A DNA stretch of 64,000 nucleotides. Source: a virus. Its lineage: Duplodnaviria; Caudoviricetes. The translations under genes and the position numbers were made by a program. Under the pieces are notes generated by a model, which was not told where the DNA came from, searched no databases, and was given only the letters and a program-made list of their open reading frames with translations. How positions within the stretch are numbered: the stretch's first letter is position 1; each line of letters opens with the position of its first letter. The stretch lies in the IMG/VR virus record IMGVR_UViG_3300044557_000107, positions 64,001 to 128,000 of that record. One strand, written 5' to 3'. Shown here piece by piece: positions 48,606 through 58,650 of the stretch.

Positions 48606-48935
48606 ATGATTAAAACAATTACACTAGAAGACGCTGATGAACTACGTTGCCAAGGTAGCACAGATAAATTTACATTTGTGGCAGAAGAGGCCGACCAATC
48701 TGATCGCTGGTCAGAACCAGTTACTGTATACATCAAAGAAAATAGCACTGGTAAAATTTATGGATTTGATTATAGTCGTGGACTAACTGAAATGCAGGAA
48801 AGCACGATTAGTACGGTTGAAGGATATGAAGATACTTTTTATGGATCAAATCAAGACCATCACGTGGAACTAACTCACTATGAAGAAACAACACGAGTTA
48901 TTCATACGTTTGTAGTAGCTACGGAGGAAGATTAA
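48606..48935 (+). CDS. Acidic hypothetical protein
   Basis: 109-aa ORF, RBS AGTAGGA. Confidence 0.65.
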   Translation: MIKTITLEDADELRCQGSTDKFTFVAEEADQSDRWSEPVTVYIKENSTGKIYGFDYSRGLTEMQESTISTVEGYEDTFYGSNQDHHVELTHYEETTRVIHTFVVATEED

Positions 48936-49360
48936 TGAAAACTAGTGAAGCAATTAAAAAGATTACAGGGTTAAGCAAACACTACACAGCATATACCAGG
49001 GACTCTTTGTTTTGTGTAATGTACAAAGGTACGAGTGCCATTCTGGTATCGGACTACAATGAATACTCTTTTGGATTGACCGACACACCAGATAACTTCC
49101 ATAAATTGCCATATTCTAATAAACTTTATATGATTCTGGCGGAGTACGCAATGACACCTATTGAAGAACGTAAGGATAAATCTAAGAAGTATTATGTTAA
49201 AGTACCCTATGCAGATGATGCATACTATTGGAAGTTTAAAGATGGTGTGTTACATGTTACTAGTAACCTTATTTGTTACCTTGAGGATAAACAGTTTACA
49301 ATGAAAGAGATTAAAAAGCTAGGTCTTGAAAATTATGAACTTGTGGAGGTTGAAGAATGA
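48935..49360 (+). CDS. Phage hypothetical protein
   Basis: EYAMTPIEER...KYYVK...FTMKEI pattern common in LAB phages. Confidence 0.65.
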   Translation: MKTSEAIKKITGLSKHYTAYTRDSLFCVMYKGTSAILVSDYNEYSFGLTDTPDNFHKLPYSNKLYMILAEYAMTPIEERKDKSKKYYVKVPYADDAYYWKFKDGVLHVTSNLICYLEDKQFTMKEIKKLGLENYELVEVEE

Positions 49361-49644
49361 GAAAAGATCGTAAATATGTATTGATGACTGTGAAGCATGG
49401 AACTAAAGCAAAACCTCTATTTTGGGGTTCACTCACAGCGGATGAAGATGAGCGATCTTTTGGAGGCTATGGCAGTGATCCTAGACTAGCGGAACGGTAT
49501 TCAATGGCTGAAATTACCCATTATTTTAGAGAATCCTTATCGTTGCTTGACCCGTTACCAATTGACAAAGGCTGGGGCCAGGTACGTGAATGGGATTATT
49601 ATGATTGGCACAAGCAACCCAAGTTTTCAGAAGACATTTTGTAA
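49357..49644 (+). CDS. Hypothetical protein
   Basis: 95-aa ORF coupled to upstream gene. Confidence 0.55.
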   Translation: MRKDRKYVLMTVKHGTKAKPLFWGSLTADEDERSFGGYGSDPRLAERYSMAEITHYFRESLSLLDPLPIDKGWGQVREWDYYDWHKQPKFSEDIL

Positions 49645-49692
49645 CGCCAATGGATGTTGCGATGGATTATCGAAGTTCATGGAGGAATTAAA

Positions 49693-50121
49693 ATGACACC
49701 AGAATTTAGAGCATGGGATAAGAAGCGAAAAGAATATTTCCATATTACTCAGCTATGGAGTGGTGGAACTAAAGAAGATAGTTTTACCTTTGATGGGTGG
49801 AAAGATAACTATGGTAATAGTGGCTTTATGGACACTGTCCTCCTTGAGCAGTATACCGGATTGAAAGATGTCAACGGCGATAAGATTTTCGAAGGAGATA
49901 TTATTCATTTTTCTTATGATCACACTGATTTTTATTCAGAAGTTGTTTTTAACGGTGGAAAATTCTTTGGGCAAACATGGACAATTCCAAATTTAGATTT
50001 AACAACTATGCCCTTGGGATCTGGTTACCATTTTAATTCACCATTTGAGTATTATTATGATGATATGTATGTAATTGGCAACATTCACGAGAATCCAGAG
50101 TTGTTAGGGGAGGAAAAATAA
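49693..50121 (+). CDS. YopX-family protein
   Basis: EFRAWDK...EQYTGLKDVNGDKIFEGDI...VIGNIHENPELL; RBS GGAGG before ATG 49693. Confidence 0.88.
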   Translation: MTPEFRAWDKKRKEYFHITQLWSGGTKEDSFTFDGWKDNYGNSGFMDTVLLEQYTGLKDVNGDKIFEGDIIHFSYDHTDFYSEVVFNGGKFFGQTWTIPNLDLTTMPLGSGYHFNSPFEYYYDDMYVIGNIHENPELLGEEK

Positions 50122-50495
50122 TGGCACCAGAATTTAGAGTATGGCATCCGAATACAGAAGAACTTGAATACCTAGAATTAAAATCTTATGACTACGGTTC
50201 ATTTACAGGACTGGTTGATAAATTTGGGGATGATCAAGCAATTTGGGAACCTTACACAAGGTTTAAAGATAACATGGGTGAAAAGATCTATGAGGGGGAT
50301 ATTGTAAGTATCTTGAATCATCCATTTCAAAAATATATAGGTATTGAAGGAAACTATAAGATTAGCTGGGGTGACCGAGATCTATCTTGGTTAGCCGGTC
50401 CTTGGAAGTGTTCTGAAAATAGACCCTATCTTACTGTAATTGGAAACATTCACGAAAATCTGGAATTGTTGGAGGCTTTAAATGATCCCAAATAG
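50121..50495 (+). CDS. YopX-family protein (tandem paralog)
   Basis: EFRVW...KIYEGDI...VIGNIHENLELL. Confidence 0.85.
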   Translation: MAPEFRVWHPNTEELEYLELKSYDYGSFTGLVDKFGDDQAIWEPYTRFKDNMGEKIYEGDIVSILNHPFQKYIGIEGNYKISWGDRDLSWLAGPWKCSENRPYLTVIGNIHENLELLEALNDPK

Positions 50496-50814
50496 AGCAA
50501 CACGTACTAGATACTTTAGAGTTAAATTAAAACGAGATGAATACGTCGGTTACTTAAAGGTACGGATTAGCAACAATACGCGTCCAAATAGAGTCATGAG
50601 TCAAATTATGGAAGAAATTGAAGATGGAGATTTTTTACCAGAAGAGGGCTTAAACCCAGAATATAAGTTCTATCCTGATAGGAACAACAGCTATTATATT
50701 AGCGTAGTTTTAGAAAACCCTGATGGCAATAAGCGTACGTTTGAAGACAATGTAAATAATCTAAAATATTGGGTAACTGGAATTGAACTAGCAGACTTGG
50801 AGGTAGACGAATGA
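50482..50814 (+). CDS. Hypothetical protein
   Basis: 110-aa ORF, RBS GGAGG. Confidence 0.6.
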   Translation: MIPNRATRTRYFRVKLKRDEYVGYLKVRISNNTRPNRVMSQIMEEIEDGDFLPEEGLNPEYKFYPDRNNSYYISVVLENPDGNKRTFEDNVNNLKYWVTGIELADLEVDE

Positions 50815-50987
50815 AGTATGTATTAGTAACAACTTTAGGGGGCACTGAGTTCTACATGGGGAATAATGACCGGGCTACCACAGAGCTCTTACAAGCTCAT
50901 ACAGAGCCTTCTGTAATCTTAGCACTTAACTATGGGGAGAACCTTAATTTATCATCACAGTGGCACGTGAAGGGCATTCAGGACTAA
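50811..50987 (+). CDS. Small hypothetical protein (58 aa)
   Basis: RBS GGAGGT, ATGA overlap with upstream stop. Confidence 0.55.
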   Translation: MKYVLVTTLGGTEFYMGNNDRATTELLQAHTEPSVILALNYGENLNLSSQWHVKGIQD

Positions 50988-51000
50988 GGGAAGTGATTAC

Positions 51001-51480
51001 ATGCTGGAATCCTTAGAAGTAGAACGCGTAGGATATACAAAATCATTGAAAATTGGGGATATTGTTGGCTATCATTCAGCAACATATGTTCTTATTGAAA
51101 TATCCAGTGTAGCCGTTGTAAGTGCCCAGAATGGACCTTTAATGTCTGCTAAGATTATTGTTCAAAAAGTAGGATCTAAAATGATTTCAAAAAGTGGATT
51201 TCAGTCTTCTCAAATTTTAAAGGCAAGCATCAGGGAAGATACTCGTAAGCTTAGCAATAGACAGTTTACTAAAACAGTTGGAATAGTTGAAAGGAACCCA
51301 AATAGTGGGGTTCTATATAGGGTAGCTGGCATTGAAAAATTATACTATGACTTTACCGATCTCATTGTTAACTATTGGGTTCAGGAAATACCTGAATGGT
51401 CCGACCAGGAAATCAATAAGGTACTTAAAGAAGATAAACTAAACAAATTTAAAGTAATAAATGGAGGAAGTAATGAATAA
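51001..51480 (+). CDS. Hypothetical protein
   Basis: 159-aa ORF. Confidence 0.6.
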   Translation: MLESLEVERVGYTKSLKIGDIVGYHSATYVLIEISSVAVVSAQNGPLMSAKIIVQKVGSKMISKSGFQSSQILKASIREDTRKLSNRQFTKTVGIVERNPNSGVLYRVAGIEKLYYDFTDLIVNYWVQEIPEWSDQEINKVLKEDKLNKFKVINGGSNE

Positions 51481-52228
51481 TATTAAATGGAACTTTTTAG
51501 GTGAAGGGGTTAAGGAAACCTTCTCTCCTAAACGTAACTTAAAGGAATTTTTGGAGTTTAACTATAAAGAATACATTCTTATGGCACTTATGGTAGGTGC
51601 TTCAATCGTAGCATTCATCTACGGAAGGGACTATTCATGGGTTGGCTGGATTGGTGGTCTTACCAGTATCGCAACGGCCATGAGTCTAATTTTAGTTGAT
51701 AAAGGTAAGCTTACAAACTACATGTGGGGTACTATTGGTAGTATTGCATGGCTAGTAGCTTCCATTAATAACCGATTAATTGGTGATATTGGTTCCCAAG
51801 TATTCTATACAGTTATGCAATTTGTAGGTATCTATGTGTGGTATAAAGCACTTAAAGGTAACAAAGAAGGACAAGATACAGTTACTAGTAAGAAAATTAC
51901 ACTAGGTATGGCAATTTTAACATTCGTAGGTCTTCTAGTGCTATACAGTCTTAACGTTTGGATTAGCTACAAGCTACACGGTAATCAAATTTGGTTAGAT
52001 GCTACCCTTCTCCCACTAGGCATTGTTGGGCAAATTTTAATGACTTATGGATACCGGTCTCAATGGGTTGCTTGGATTACCTTAGATGCTATCAATGTTT
52101 GGATCTGGTTAGTTCAATTGCATAATGGCGGATCAGCCGCTACTAGTATGTTTGTGCTCCAAGTTATCATGTTAATCAATGCATTATATGGAACCTACTG
52201 CTGGTATAAGAAAGAAGGTTCTAATTAG
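51473..52228 (+). CDS. pnuC: PnuC-family nicotinamide riboside transporter
   Basis: 7-8 TM; KGKLTNY, Q..G...W, W..W...D (QWVAWITLD), NA.YG...W; adjacent to nadR. Confidence 0.85.
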   Translation: MNNIKWNFLGEGVKETFSPKRNLKEFLEFNYKEYILMALMVGASIVAFIYGRDYSWVGWIGGLTSIATAMSLILVDKGKLTNYMWGTIGSIAWLVASINNRLIGDIGSQVFYTVMQFVGIYVWYKALKGNKEGQDTVTSKKITLGMAILTFVGLLVLYSLNVWISYKLHGNQIWLDATLLPLGIVGQILMTYGYRSQWVAWITLDAINVWIWLVQLHNGGSAATSMFVLQVIMLINALYGTYCWYKKEGSN

Positions 52229-52785
52229 TGAAGCAACTAACCGATTCAGACTTTAAGATTGTATCAGATAAACTTATTAGTAAGTGTAGTCCTGCCTTTA
52301 GTCTTTATGAGGCTCAAATTGAAGGTCCTCAAGGAACATTTACTCGGCAGTATATTCACCATAATCCTGTTGTAGCTGTATACATTAAAAATAAGGGTAA
52401 AGTTCTTATCACTTCAGAATTTCGTATTGGCGTCAAAGGTGTTTCTAAAGGAATTCCCGCAGGATATATGGAAGAGGGGGAAACTCCAGAAGAAGCCGCT
52501 ATTCGAGAAGTTCAGGAGGAAACTGGAATCGTTTTATCTAAGAACAATTTAGTTAGCTTAGGAAGTTATAGATCCTCCGAAGGATTTACTGATGAGGTAG
52601 TTCACCTGTTTATTGTAGATACGGGAGATAGCTCTTTAAGTAATAAAGGTACACATTTTGATTCTGATGAAATGGTATCTTATAACTGGGTTAAAGAAAG
52701 CAACGAAATAGACGAGATATATGACAGTGGATTAGGATTCCCCTTAGCATCAGGGCTACTATGGAGTGCTATAAATAACGCTTAA
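52228..52785 (+). CDS. NUDIX hydrolase (ADP-ribose pyrophosphatase-like)
   Basis: PAGYMEEGETPEEAAIREVQEETG Nudix box; SEGFTDE. Confidence 0.88.
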   Translation: MKQLTDSDFKIVSDKLISKCSPAFSLYEAQIEGPQGTFTRQYIHHNPVVAVYIKNKGKVLITSEFRIGVKGVSKGIPAGYMEEGETPEEAAIREVQEETGIVLSKNNLVSLGSYRSSEGFTDEVVHLFIVDTGDSSLSNKGTHFDSDEMVSYNWVKESNEIDEIYDSGLGFPLASGLLWSAINNA

Positions 52786-52812
52786 ACTCATTTAGTTGGA
52801 AGGAATATTAAG

Positions 52813-53943
52813 ATGAAAGAATTAATTACAAAGAATCGCTTACACGGAGATAATATTGGAGTATTTTTTGGCACATTCTCTCCCTATCACATTGGGCACT
52901 TACAAGATCTTTATAAAGCATTAGCTGTTAATGATGGTGTTGTTTTAGTTGTTAGTGGATACGATAATGACCGAGGAGATAAAATTGGTCTTCCATTGTA
53001 TCGCCGTTTCCGATATCTTCGAGAGTTTTTTGCAGATGAACCCAATGTAGTTGTAGCTATGCTAGACGAGAATAAAATTCCACGGTATCCAGATGGGTGG
53101 GTTCCTTGGTTAAATAGACTGGAAGAAATTGTAAAGACCGCAGTTCCTGAATATGATAAAACAAATATTACGTGTTACTCTGGTGAAAAAGAATACACGG
53201 ATATGATGAACAAGCTGATTCCATCATGGAATATTAAAACATTTGACCGTACAGATCTACCTATCTCTGCTACTATGATTCGTAAGGAGCCTTTCCGATA
53301 CTGGAATTTAATTAATAAGGTATACCGCCGTCACTTTACTTTTAAAGTCCTTGTAGCAGGTGCAGCGTCTACTGGGAAGTCTACGTTAGTTAAGCACTTA
53401 GCGCGTTCACTTGGAGCCCCCTTTAGCACTGAGTACGCACGGGACTATGAAGAAGACTATAATCTAACTGATGCAGAATTAACAGTTAATGATTATACCC
53501 ATTTCTTTCAGGGACAGTATGAGGCAAACCAAAAAGAAATTAATAGTCCTTCAAATCAAGGAGTAGTTTTCTGTGATACCGATGCCATGGTTACAGAGGT
53601 ATATTCTAAGATGTACTTACCCAAAGATGACTATAAGAAACTTCATGGTATCTACAATAATGTAATTAAAAATGAAGAATGGGATTTAATTTTGTTGGTT
53701 CCTCCTGTGACTAAGTATGTAGACGACGGGTTCCGCAATATGGACTGGGCGGATAGCACTGATGAGTTCCACAAAGAACTGGTTGCAGAAATTGAGAAGC
53801 AAGGATTTGGGGATAAAGTAGTCTTGCTAGACGATCAAGGTAACGATAGTGATCCTCAAGGGTTCCTAGCTCGATATAATCATGCCATGGAAATTCTAAA
53901 AGGTAGCGCAGATATTGGCAAGCAGTATTTCCTAGAAAATTAA
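52813..53943 (+). CDS. nadR: NadR-type NMN adenylyltransferase / ribosylnicotinamide kinase (no HTH)
   Basis: FGTFSPYHIGH, ISATMIR, GAASTGKST Walker A, EYARDY, FCDTD, YVDDGFR. Confidence 0.92.
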   Translation: MKELITKNRLHGDNIGVFFGTFSPYHIGHLQDLYKALAVNDGVVLVVSGYDNDRGDKIGLPLYRRFRYLREFFADEPNVVVAMLDENKIPRYPDGWVPWLNRLEEIVKTAVPEYDKTNITCYSGEKEYTDMMNKLIPSWNIKTFDRTDLPISATMIRKEPFRYWNLINKVYRRHFTFKVLVAGAASTGKSTLVKHLARSLGAPFSTEYARDYEEDYNLTDAELTVNDYTHFFQGQYEANQKEINSPSNQGVVFCDTDAMVTEVYSKMYLPKDDYKKLHGIYNNVIKNEEWDLILLVPPVTKYVDDGFRNMDWADSTDEFHKELVAEIEKQGFGDKVVLLDDQGNDSDPQGFLARYNHAMEILKGSADIGKQYFLEN

Positions 53944-53952
53944 AATAGTCAG

Positions 53953-54005
53953 TTGACATAAGGATATCTTAGTGGTATCCTTATTTTAGTTAAATGAAAG
54001 AAGGA
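53953..54005 (+). promoter_or_regulatory. Repeated early promoter cassette, copy 2
   Basis: TTGACATAAGGATATCTTAGTGGTATCCTTATTTTAGTTAAATGAAAGAAGG. Confidence 0.8.
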
Positions 54006-54012
54006 ATATAAA

Positions 54013-54321
54013 TTGAATTACGTTAAATCAGTAGAAGCATGGGCTAAAATCCGAGGATTGGATAAGTCTAACAGTGACAAGCAAATGATTAAGCTCATGG
54101 AAGAGGTTGGAGAACTTGGAGAGGCGCATAATAAAGGATGGAAAGATAAGCAAATTGATAGTCTAGGCGATATCTTTGTAGTGCTTACAATTTATGCTTT
54201 ACAGAATGGGTTGTCATTAGAAGACTGTATTGCAGAAGCTTACAATACAATTAAGGACCGTGAAGGAAAAATGGTAGATGGCGTATTTGTTAAGGACGAA
54301 GATTTAGTAGAGGATAACTAA
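54013..54321 (+). CDS. MazG-like nucleotide pyrophosphohydrolase
   Basis: KLMEEVGEL...DSLGD...AYNTIKDREGKMVDGVFVK. Confidence 0.85.
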   Translation: MNYVKSVEAWAKIRGLDKSNSDKQMIKLMEEVGELGEAHNKGWKDKQIDSLGDIFVVLTIYALQNGLSLEDCIAEAYNTIKDREGKMVDGVFVKDEDLVEDN

Positions 54322-54923
54322 TGAATAATAGTGATAGCAAAGATAAATACCTTAGAAGCTTTACTTTTGTATCCCGTAATAAGGATAATAAGTCTCTATT
54401 AGAGCATAATATTGATTATAAACAGCGAAGTCATGGAATTGTGCTACACACAGATTACACTGGAATACTTCTCTGTGAGATACTTAACGAGAATTTTTGG
54501 GATAAAATAAAACCCTTATTTGATGAATTTGTACACCAAGGATTACCCGGAGAAGTATCTCGCTTGTACTGTGGTATCAATGTTATTGAAAAGTCTGTTG
54601 TTAAAAAGGATTTGCAACACTATCTGCTAGACAATGATGATGTTGATTTAACTAATATGAATGCTTTAATCGCTCGGCTAGTAGAAAAGGGGCATCCTAA
54701 AGCAACTAAACACTGGTTGTTTGATATTGATACTACAGACCAAGATACTGTAATGGAATTTGCTGCTCAAGTTCCATCGCGCAGTCAATTGTTTAGAACA
54801 TTGCATAACTATGCTGTTATTAGCGAACATGGATTTGATACTCGTGAGATACTTAAAAGATTCCCTTGTGTAACTTTGAAGAAAAACAGCCCTGTATTTG
54901 TATTATCTGGAATAAATAGCTAG
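54321..54923 (+). CDS. Hypothetical protein
   Basis: SRNKDN...WLFDID; function not assignable. Confidence 0.65.
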   Translation: MNNSDSKDKYLRSFTFVSRNKDNKSLLEHNIDYKQRSHGIVLHTDYTGILLCEILNENFWDKIKPLFDEFVHQGLPGEVSRLYCGINVIEKSVVKKDLQHYLLDNDDVDLTNMNALIARLVEKGHPKATKHWLFDIDTTDQDTVMEFAAQVPSRSQLFRTLHNYAVISEHGFDTREILKRFPCVTLKKNSPVFVLSGINS

Positions 54924-54943
54924 TAAAAGGGGTAATTAAGATA

Positions 54944-55396
54944 ATGAGTAATTACGTATTTTTAGTATCTACTAGCGTTGACGGGAGTAACCCGATGATA
55001 TTTACGGGGGACGCCCCACTAATTTCTTTAGCTCAGAGTATATCTGGAAGATGCACTCTATTTATTCAAAATGACGGAAGCTTTTCACCACATTACAATA
55101 CTCCCCAAGATAGACGAGATGAGATGTGTGAGGATGTACTACAACGAGGCGTATCTTTCAAAGTAGCTTGTAGACGTAAAAGTTCTGTGCCTGAGGAGTT
55201 TAAGTATGTTAAAATAATAAGGGTTTCCAGAGCTATCCAGCTCATTAACAGATTACCTTTAGATAGGCATCCCAACGAGAAAAAGTTAATATCCTATAGA
55301 ACTGCAAGCCGTTCTTTTGAGAATCGAATATACTTTCTTAGAAGTCAACGTGAAGGTCAGGCAGGAATACACAAGGGGAGGGAACTAAATAGTTGA
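54944..55396 (+). CDS. Hypothetical protein (paralog of 60292-60792)
   Basis: 150-aa ORF, RBS AAGGGGT. Confidence 0.6.
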   Translation: MSNYVFLVSTSVDGSNPMIFTGDAPLISLAQSISGRCTLFIQNDGSFSPHYNTPQDRRDEMCEDVLQRGVSFKVACRRKSSVPEEFKYVKIIRVSRAIQLINRLPLDRHPNEKKLISYRTASRSFENRIYFLRSQREGQAGIHKGRELNS

Positions 55397-56076
55397 TTTA
55401 TATAATTGGATCTATTGGAGCCGGTAAAAGTAGTCTAACAGAACTCCTTGCAAAGGATTTAAACGTACCTTATTACTTGGAGTCGGTAGATAATGGACTT
55501 ATCAAAGGAATGCTGAGAAAATTCTATTCCGCGGGAAAGGAGAGCCGCTCACAAGTCTCTGCTATGTTGCAGGTAGCTTTTCTAACAGTACGCTATCAGC
55601 AGTTAAAGCAGGCAATTGCAGAACCAAATGCAGTTTTAGATTCTAATTTGTTATCCGATCATATCTTAGCTAGGAACCTATATGACCGAGGTGAAATGGA
55701 TAAAGAAGCTTATAACGTGTACCTTACGTTAAACCAAGAAATGCAGTCAAATGTTAATGGGAGTCCTTGGAATGGTTTTCCAGATCTTATCGTGTATATT
55801 GATATAGATCCTGAGCACGAGATTGAGATGATACAAAGTCGCAGTCGGGACATGGAAGACATTCGTAAGGACGCAGGACTTATTGATTATTATCGGTCAG
55901 TTAACGACGCGTATACTCGGTGGTACAATGGTTTCACACAGGCTCCAGTAATACGCATAGACCGTGAAAAGTACGATTTTGTAAATAATAAAGATGATCA
56001 GAAGCAAGTGCTTATAGATATTAAGAACAAGCTGTATGAACTAGGAAAATTAGATAATAAGGAGATTTCAATTTAA
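55393..56076 (+). CDS. Deoxynucleoside kinase (dAK/dGK family)
   Basis: GSIGAGKSS, Q..FL..RYQQ, PDLIVYID, RSRDME. Confidence 0.9.
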   Translation: MIYIIGSIGAGKSSLTELLAKDLNVPYYLESVDNGLIKGMLRKFYSAGKESRSQVSAMLQVAFLTVRYQQLKQAIAEPNAVLDSNLLSDHILARNLYDRGEMDKEAYNVYLTLNQEMQSNVNGSPWNGFPDLIVYIDIDPEHEIEMIQSRSRDMEDIRKDAGLIDYYRSVNDAYTRWYNGFTQAPVIRIDREKYDFVNNKDDQKQVLIDIKNKLYELGKLDNKEISI

Positions 56077-56849
56077 TGGATAACACAAGTAAATTAGTAG
56101 ATAACACAGGAAAATTCACAGGGAATTACTTTCAATGGCTAAAGGTACAGCTAACTGGCTGGGATAGTCTTCCATGGGCGCTATTTGGTTTTGCCTTAGG
56201 TATGCAGGGAATGAGTTTTGCGTTAAACCCAAGTACATGGATTAGTGTAGTATCACTAATTGCGACGTTATTTGGTAGTCTATGCACTTGTGCTATGATG
56301 GCCGCGGGGAAAGATCCTATTACAGGAAAACGTGTAACCTCAAGAGCTATTAATGGAGCTTTAGGTGCAGTTTCCGTTATTGGGTTTGTAATTGTCAACG
56401 CTACTATGGGCCACTGGTGGAGCGTTCTTGATCAGCTAGTCTTCTTTGTACTGATTGACGTAGAACTCATGTTTACATGGCGCACATGGGGCCGTGGCAA
56501 GAATACTGAAATTAAGAAGCTATCTAATAAAGGATATGTCTATGCTACTGTAGCAATTCTTGTTGCTTGGCTAGTCTTGTACTTTGTGGGTATCCAACTA
56601 GGAGATCAGCAACCTATTTTTGACAGTCTCGTACTGGCTATGGGTGCCGTAGCGTCTTGGCTATGTTTCCGCCGGTATTCCTTAACTTACAAACTATGGC
56701 TACTTGCAGATGTCGCACAAATTGCTTTATTCGTAGCTACTATGATCCAATCAGGTGTGACTGGTGCTTCAATGGCTCTGGCATTAAACTATGCGTTCTA
56801 TTTGCTTACCAGTATTGGAGGCTTAGTAAACTGGAAGCCTACTAAATAA
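56076..56849 (+). CDS. Second Pnu-family transporter (possibly deoxynucleoside-specific)
   Basis: Multi-TM; FDSL..., YKLWLLAD; translationally coupled to the dNK gene. Confidence 0.75.
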   Translation: MDNTSKLVDNTGKFTGNYFQWLKVQLTGWDSLPWALFGFALGMQGMSFALNPSTWISVVSLIATLFGSLCTCAMMAAGKDPITGKRVTSRAINGALGAVSVIGFVIVNATMGHWWSVLDQLVFFVLIDVELMFTWRTWGRGKNTEIKKLSNKGYVYATVAILVAWLVLYFVGIQLGDQQPIFDSLVLAMGAVASWLCFRRYSLTYKLWLLADVAQIALFVATMIQSGVTGASMALALNYAFYLLTSIGGLVNWKPTK

Positions 56850-56854
56850 CACTA

Positions 56855-56930
56855 AAAGAAGTTACTCAAAATAAATTGGGTGACTTCTTTATTTTTGTGT
56901 TGACAACGAGTATCAGTGTGCTAGTATAAT
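56855..56930 (+). promoter_or_regulatory. Terminator + sigmaA promoter cassette driving the Cas12f-like gene
   Basis: AAAGAAGTTACTCAA...TTGGGTGACTTCTTT hairpin, then TTGACA (56900) and TG-C-TAGTAT/TATAAT; same layout as 47901-47980. Confidence 0.7.
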
Positions 56931-56958
56931 AAGTATACAAAGTAAAGGGGAAATAGAT

Positions 56959-58347
56959 ATGAAAGAAAAGTTAAACAAGGGGATTAAGGTCAGAATATTT
57001 CCTAATGAAGAGCAAGTGGGACAAATTAGATTATCATTTATGTGGGCACGGAACTTTTATAACTATCTGGTTGAATACCAGAAAGACTACACCAAAGCTA
57101 TCTGGATTATGCGAGATCGAGAAGGTGGATATAGAAAAGATAAGAATGGTAAAGTTATACTATTTGACAAGAAGGGTAATGAAAGTAAAACTGGTAAACC
57201 TCAGTTTAAGTATAAGGGAAATGTATATCTAAGTAAGTTTGACTTGATGAAGTTAGCTTCACCTTATCGAAAGTTTCATAAAGATGCAGGTGCAAGTAAG
57301 GTGGACAGCCACGTTTATGAAATGACGGCCACTTCATTTTATCAAGCGATTCAAAATCAATATAATCCTAGAATGATTAATGCAAAAGCACCTAAGAAGC
57401 ATAAATGGGTTACTTCATATACTAGTAGATACACACAAGCGTCTAAGTTTTCATCAACAAAGAAAAGTGGTTCTGTTCCAAGCATGTATAGTGTAACAAA
57501 ACATTGGGTAAAGGTACCAAAGTTAGGCATGGTTAAATACTCTGGTTCACAATCATTGAAAAATATTAAGCCAAAGAACTTTACTATTACAGAGGATAAA
57601 ACAGGTAAATTCTACATGAGTATTATTATTGAATATCATAAGGATATTAAATCTGTTAAGCCTGTAAAAGTAGTTGGGATTGACTTAGGGTTAGATACTC
57701 TAGCTATTACTAGTGAGGGTAAAAAATATAAGATTATTCCTTTCACTAAGAATCATGAAAGAACCCTAGCAATTAAGAGCAGAAAAGCAAGTAAGAGAAG
57801 ATTATTCATGGAAACGGTTATTGGATCTTCTAAGAATAAGGCAAAGCTGTTTCCACTTACTCAACATGATTTTCCTAGTGTTAATGAAGCATACAGGGGA
57901 AGAGCTTTAGTATATAAGCACACTGCAAATCAACGAAATAACTATCTTCATGAAGTAAGTAGAAGCATTGTAGATTCTGCTGATGCAGTGGTTGTAGAAG
58001 ACATTACCGCTAGTTTCATGATGAAGGGTGGTAAAAGTAAGAAAACAGGTCGTAAGACTAAGAATAAGAGCGCCAAGAGTGCTAGTAATGCTAGTTGGAA
58101 CAAGCTATTAGTATATCTAGAATACAAGTGTAAGGAAGATGGAAAACAGTTTATTAAAGTAAGCAAAAACTATACTAGTCAGATTTGCCATGATTGTGGT
58201 TATTTATATGAAAACTTGGGTGTACCAAATGGTGGTGACAATCGTTCTGTTCGTGAATGGGACTGCCCTAAATGTGGGAAACATCATGATCGTGACATTA
58301 ATGCGGCTATCAATATTAAAAATAGAGGGTTAGAAGTTATTGATTAA
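56959..58347 (+). CDS. CRISPR-adjacent TnpB-derived RuvC nuclease (Cas12f/TranC-like), 462 aa
   Basis: KVRIFP; GIDLG, VEDI, CHDC/CPKC, DRDINAAINI intact; longer than the other two TnpBs; followed by leader and array. Confidence 0.85.
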   Translation: MKEKLNKGIKVRIFPNEEQVGQIRLSFMWARNFYNYLVEYQKDYTKAIWIMRDREGGYRKDKNGKVILFDKKGNESKTGKPQFKYKGNVYLSKFDLMKLASPYRKFHKDAGASKVDSHVYEMTATSFYQAIQNQYNPRMINAKAPKKHKWVTSYTSRYTQASKFSSTKKSGSVPSMYSVTKHWVKVPKLGMVKYSGSQSLKNIKPKNFTITEDKTGKFYMSIIIEYHKDIKSVKPVKVVGIDLGLDTLAITSEGKKYKIIPFTKNHERTLAIKSRKASKRRLFMETVIGSSKNKAKLFPLTQHDFPSVNEAYRGRALVYKHTANQRNNYLHEVSRSIVDSADAVVVEDITASFMMKGGKSKKTGRKTKNKSAKSASNASWNKLLVYLEYKCKEDGKQFIKVSKNYTSQICHDCGYLYENLGVPNGGDNRSVREWDCPKCGKHHDRDINAAINIKNRGLEVID

Positions 58348-58362
58348 TTTTAAAAATAAGTA

Positions 58363-58391
58363 TTGACATAAGGATTATTAAGAGGTATTAT
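58363..58391 (+). promoter_or_regulatory. sigmaA promoter for tracr/leader and array
   Basis: TTGACA-17-TATTAT 15 nt after the nuclease stop codon. Confidence 0.75.
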
Positions 58392-58397
58392 AATAGA

Positions 58398-58650
58398 TGT
58401 AAGTAAGTCATAAGGTTAATCAAGCCTACTAAGAAGTGCAAGTCTTCTAATGACTATATGGGGTTTCTCAATCCTTGGTTAACTACGGGTTCCGTGAGCT
58501 ATAGATGTTTTATAGACACTACTCAGCATACCCTAAAAACATGATAGGTGTTAATCAAAGCTCAATTTATTGAGTGGGTAATAGCCTATTGAGACCTAGA
58601 CATTTTAATAGTATAAGTATACTAAATAGGGTTTATTAGTCTTAATAACT
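58398..58650 (+). ncRNA. Putative tracrRNA / scaffold-leader
   Basis: ~250 nt non-coding with several hairpins; TTCTCA (58465-70) and CATACCCTA (58527-35) are complementary to the repeat 3' end TAGGTATGAGA. Confidence 0.55.

Noticed and set aside
10809-58347. TnpBs as nuclease-dead TldR-type repressors
   Set aside because: All three retain the RuvC D, E and D residues.
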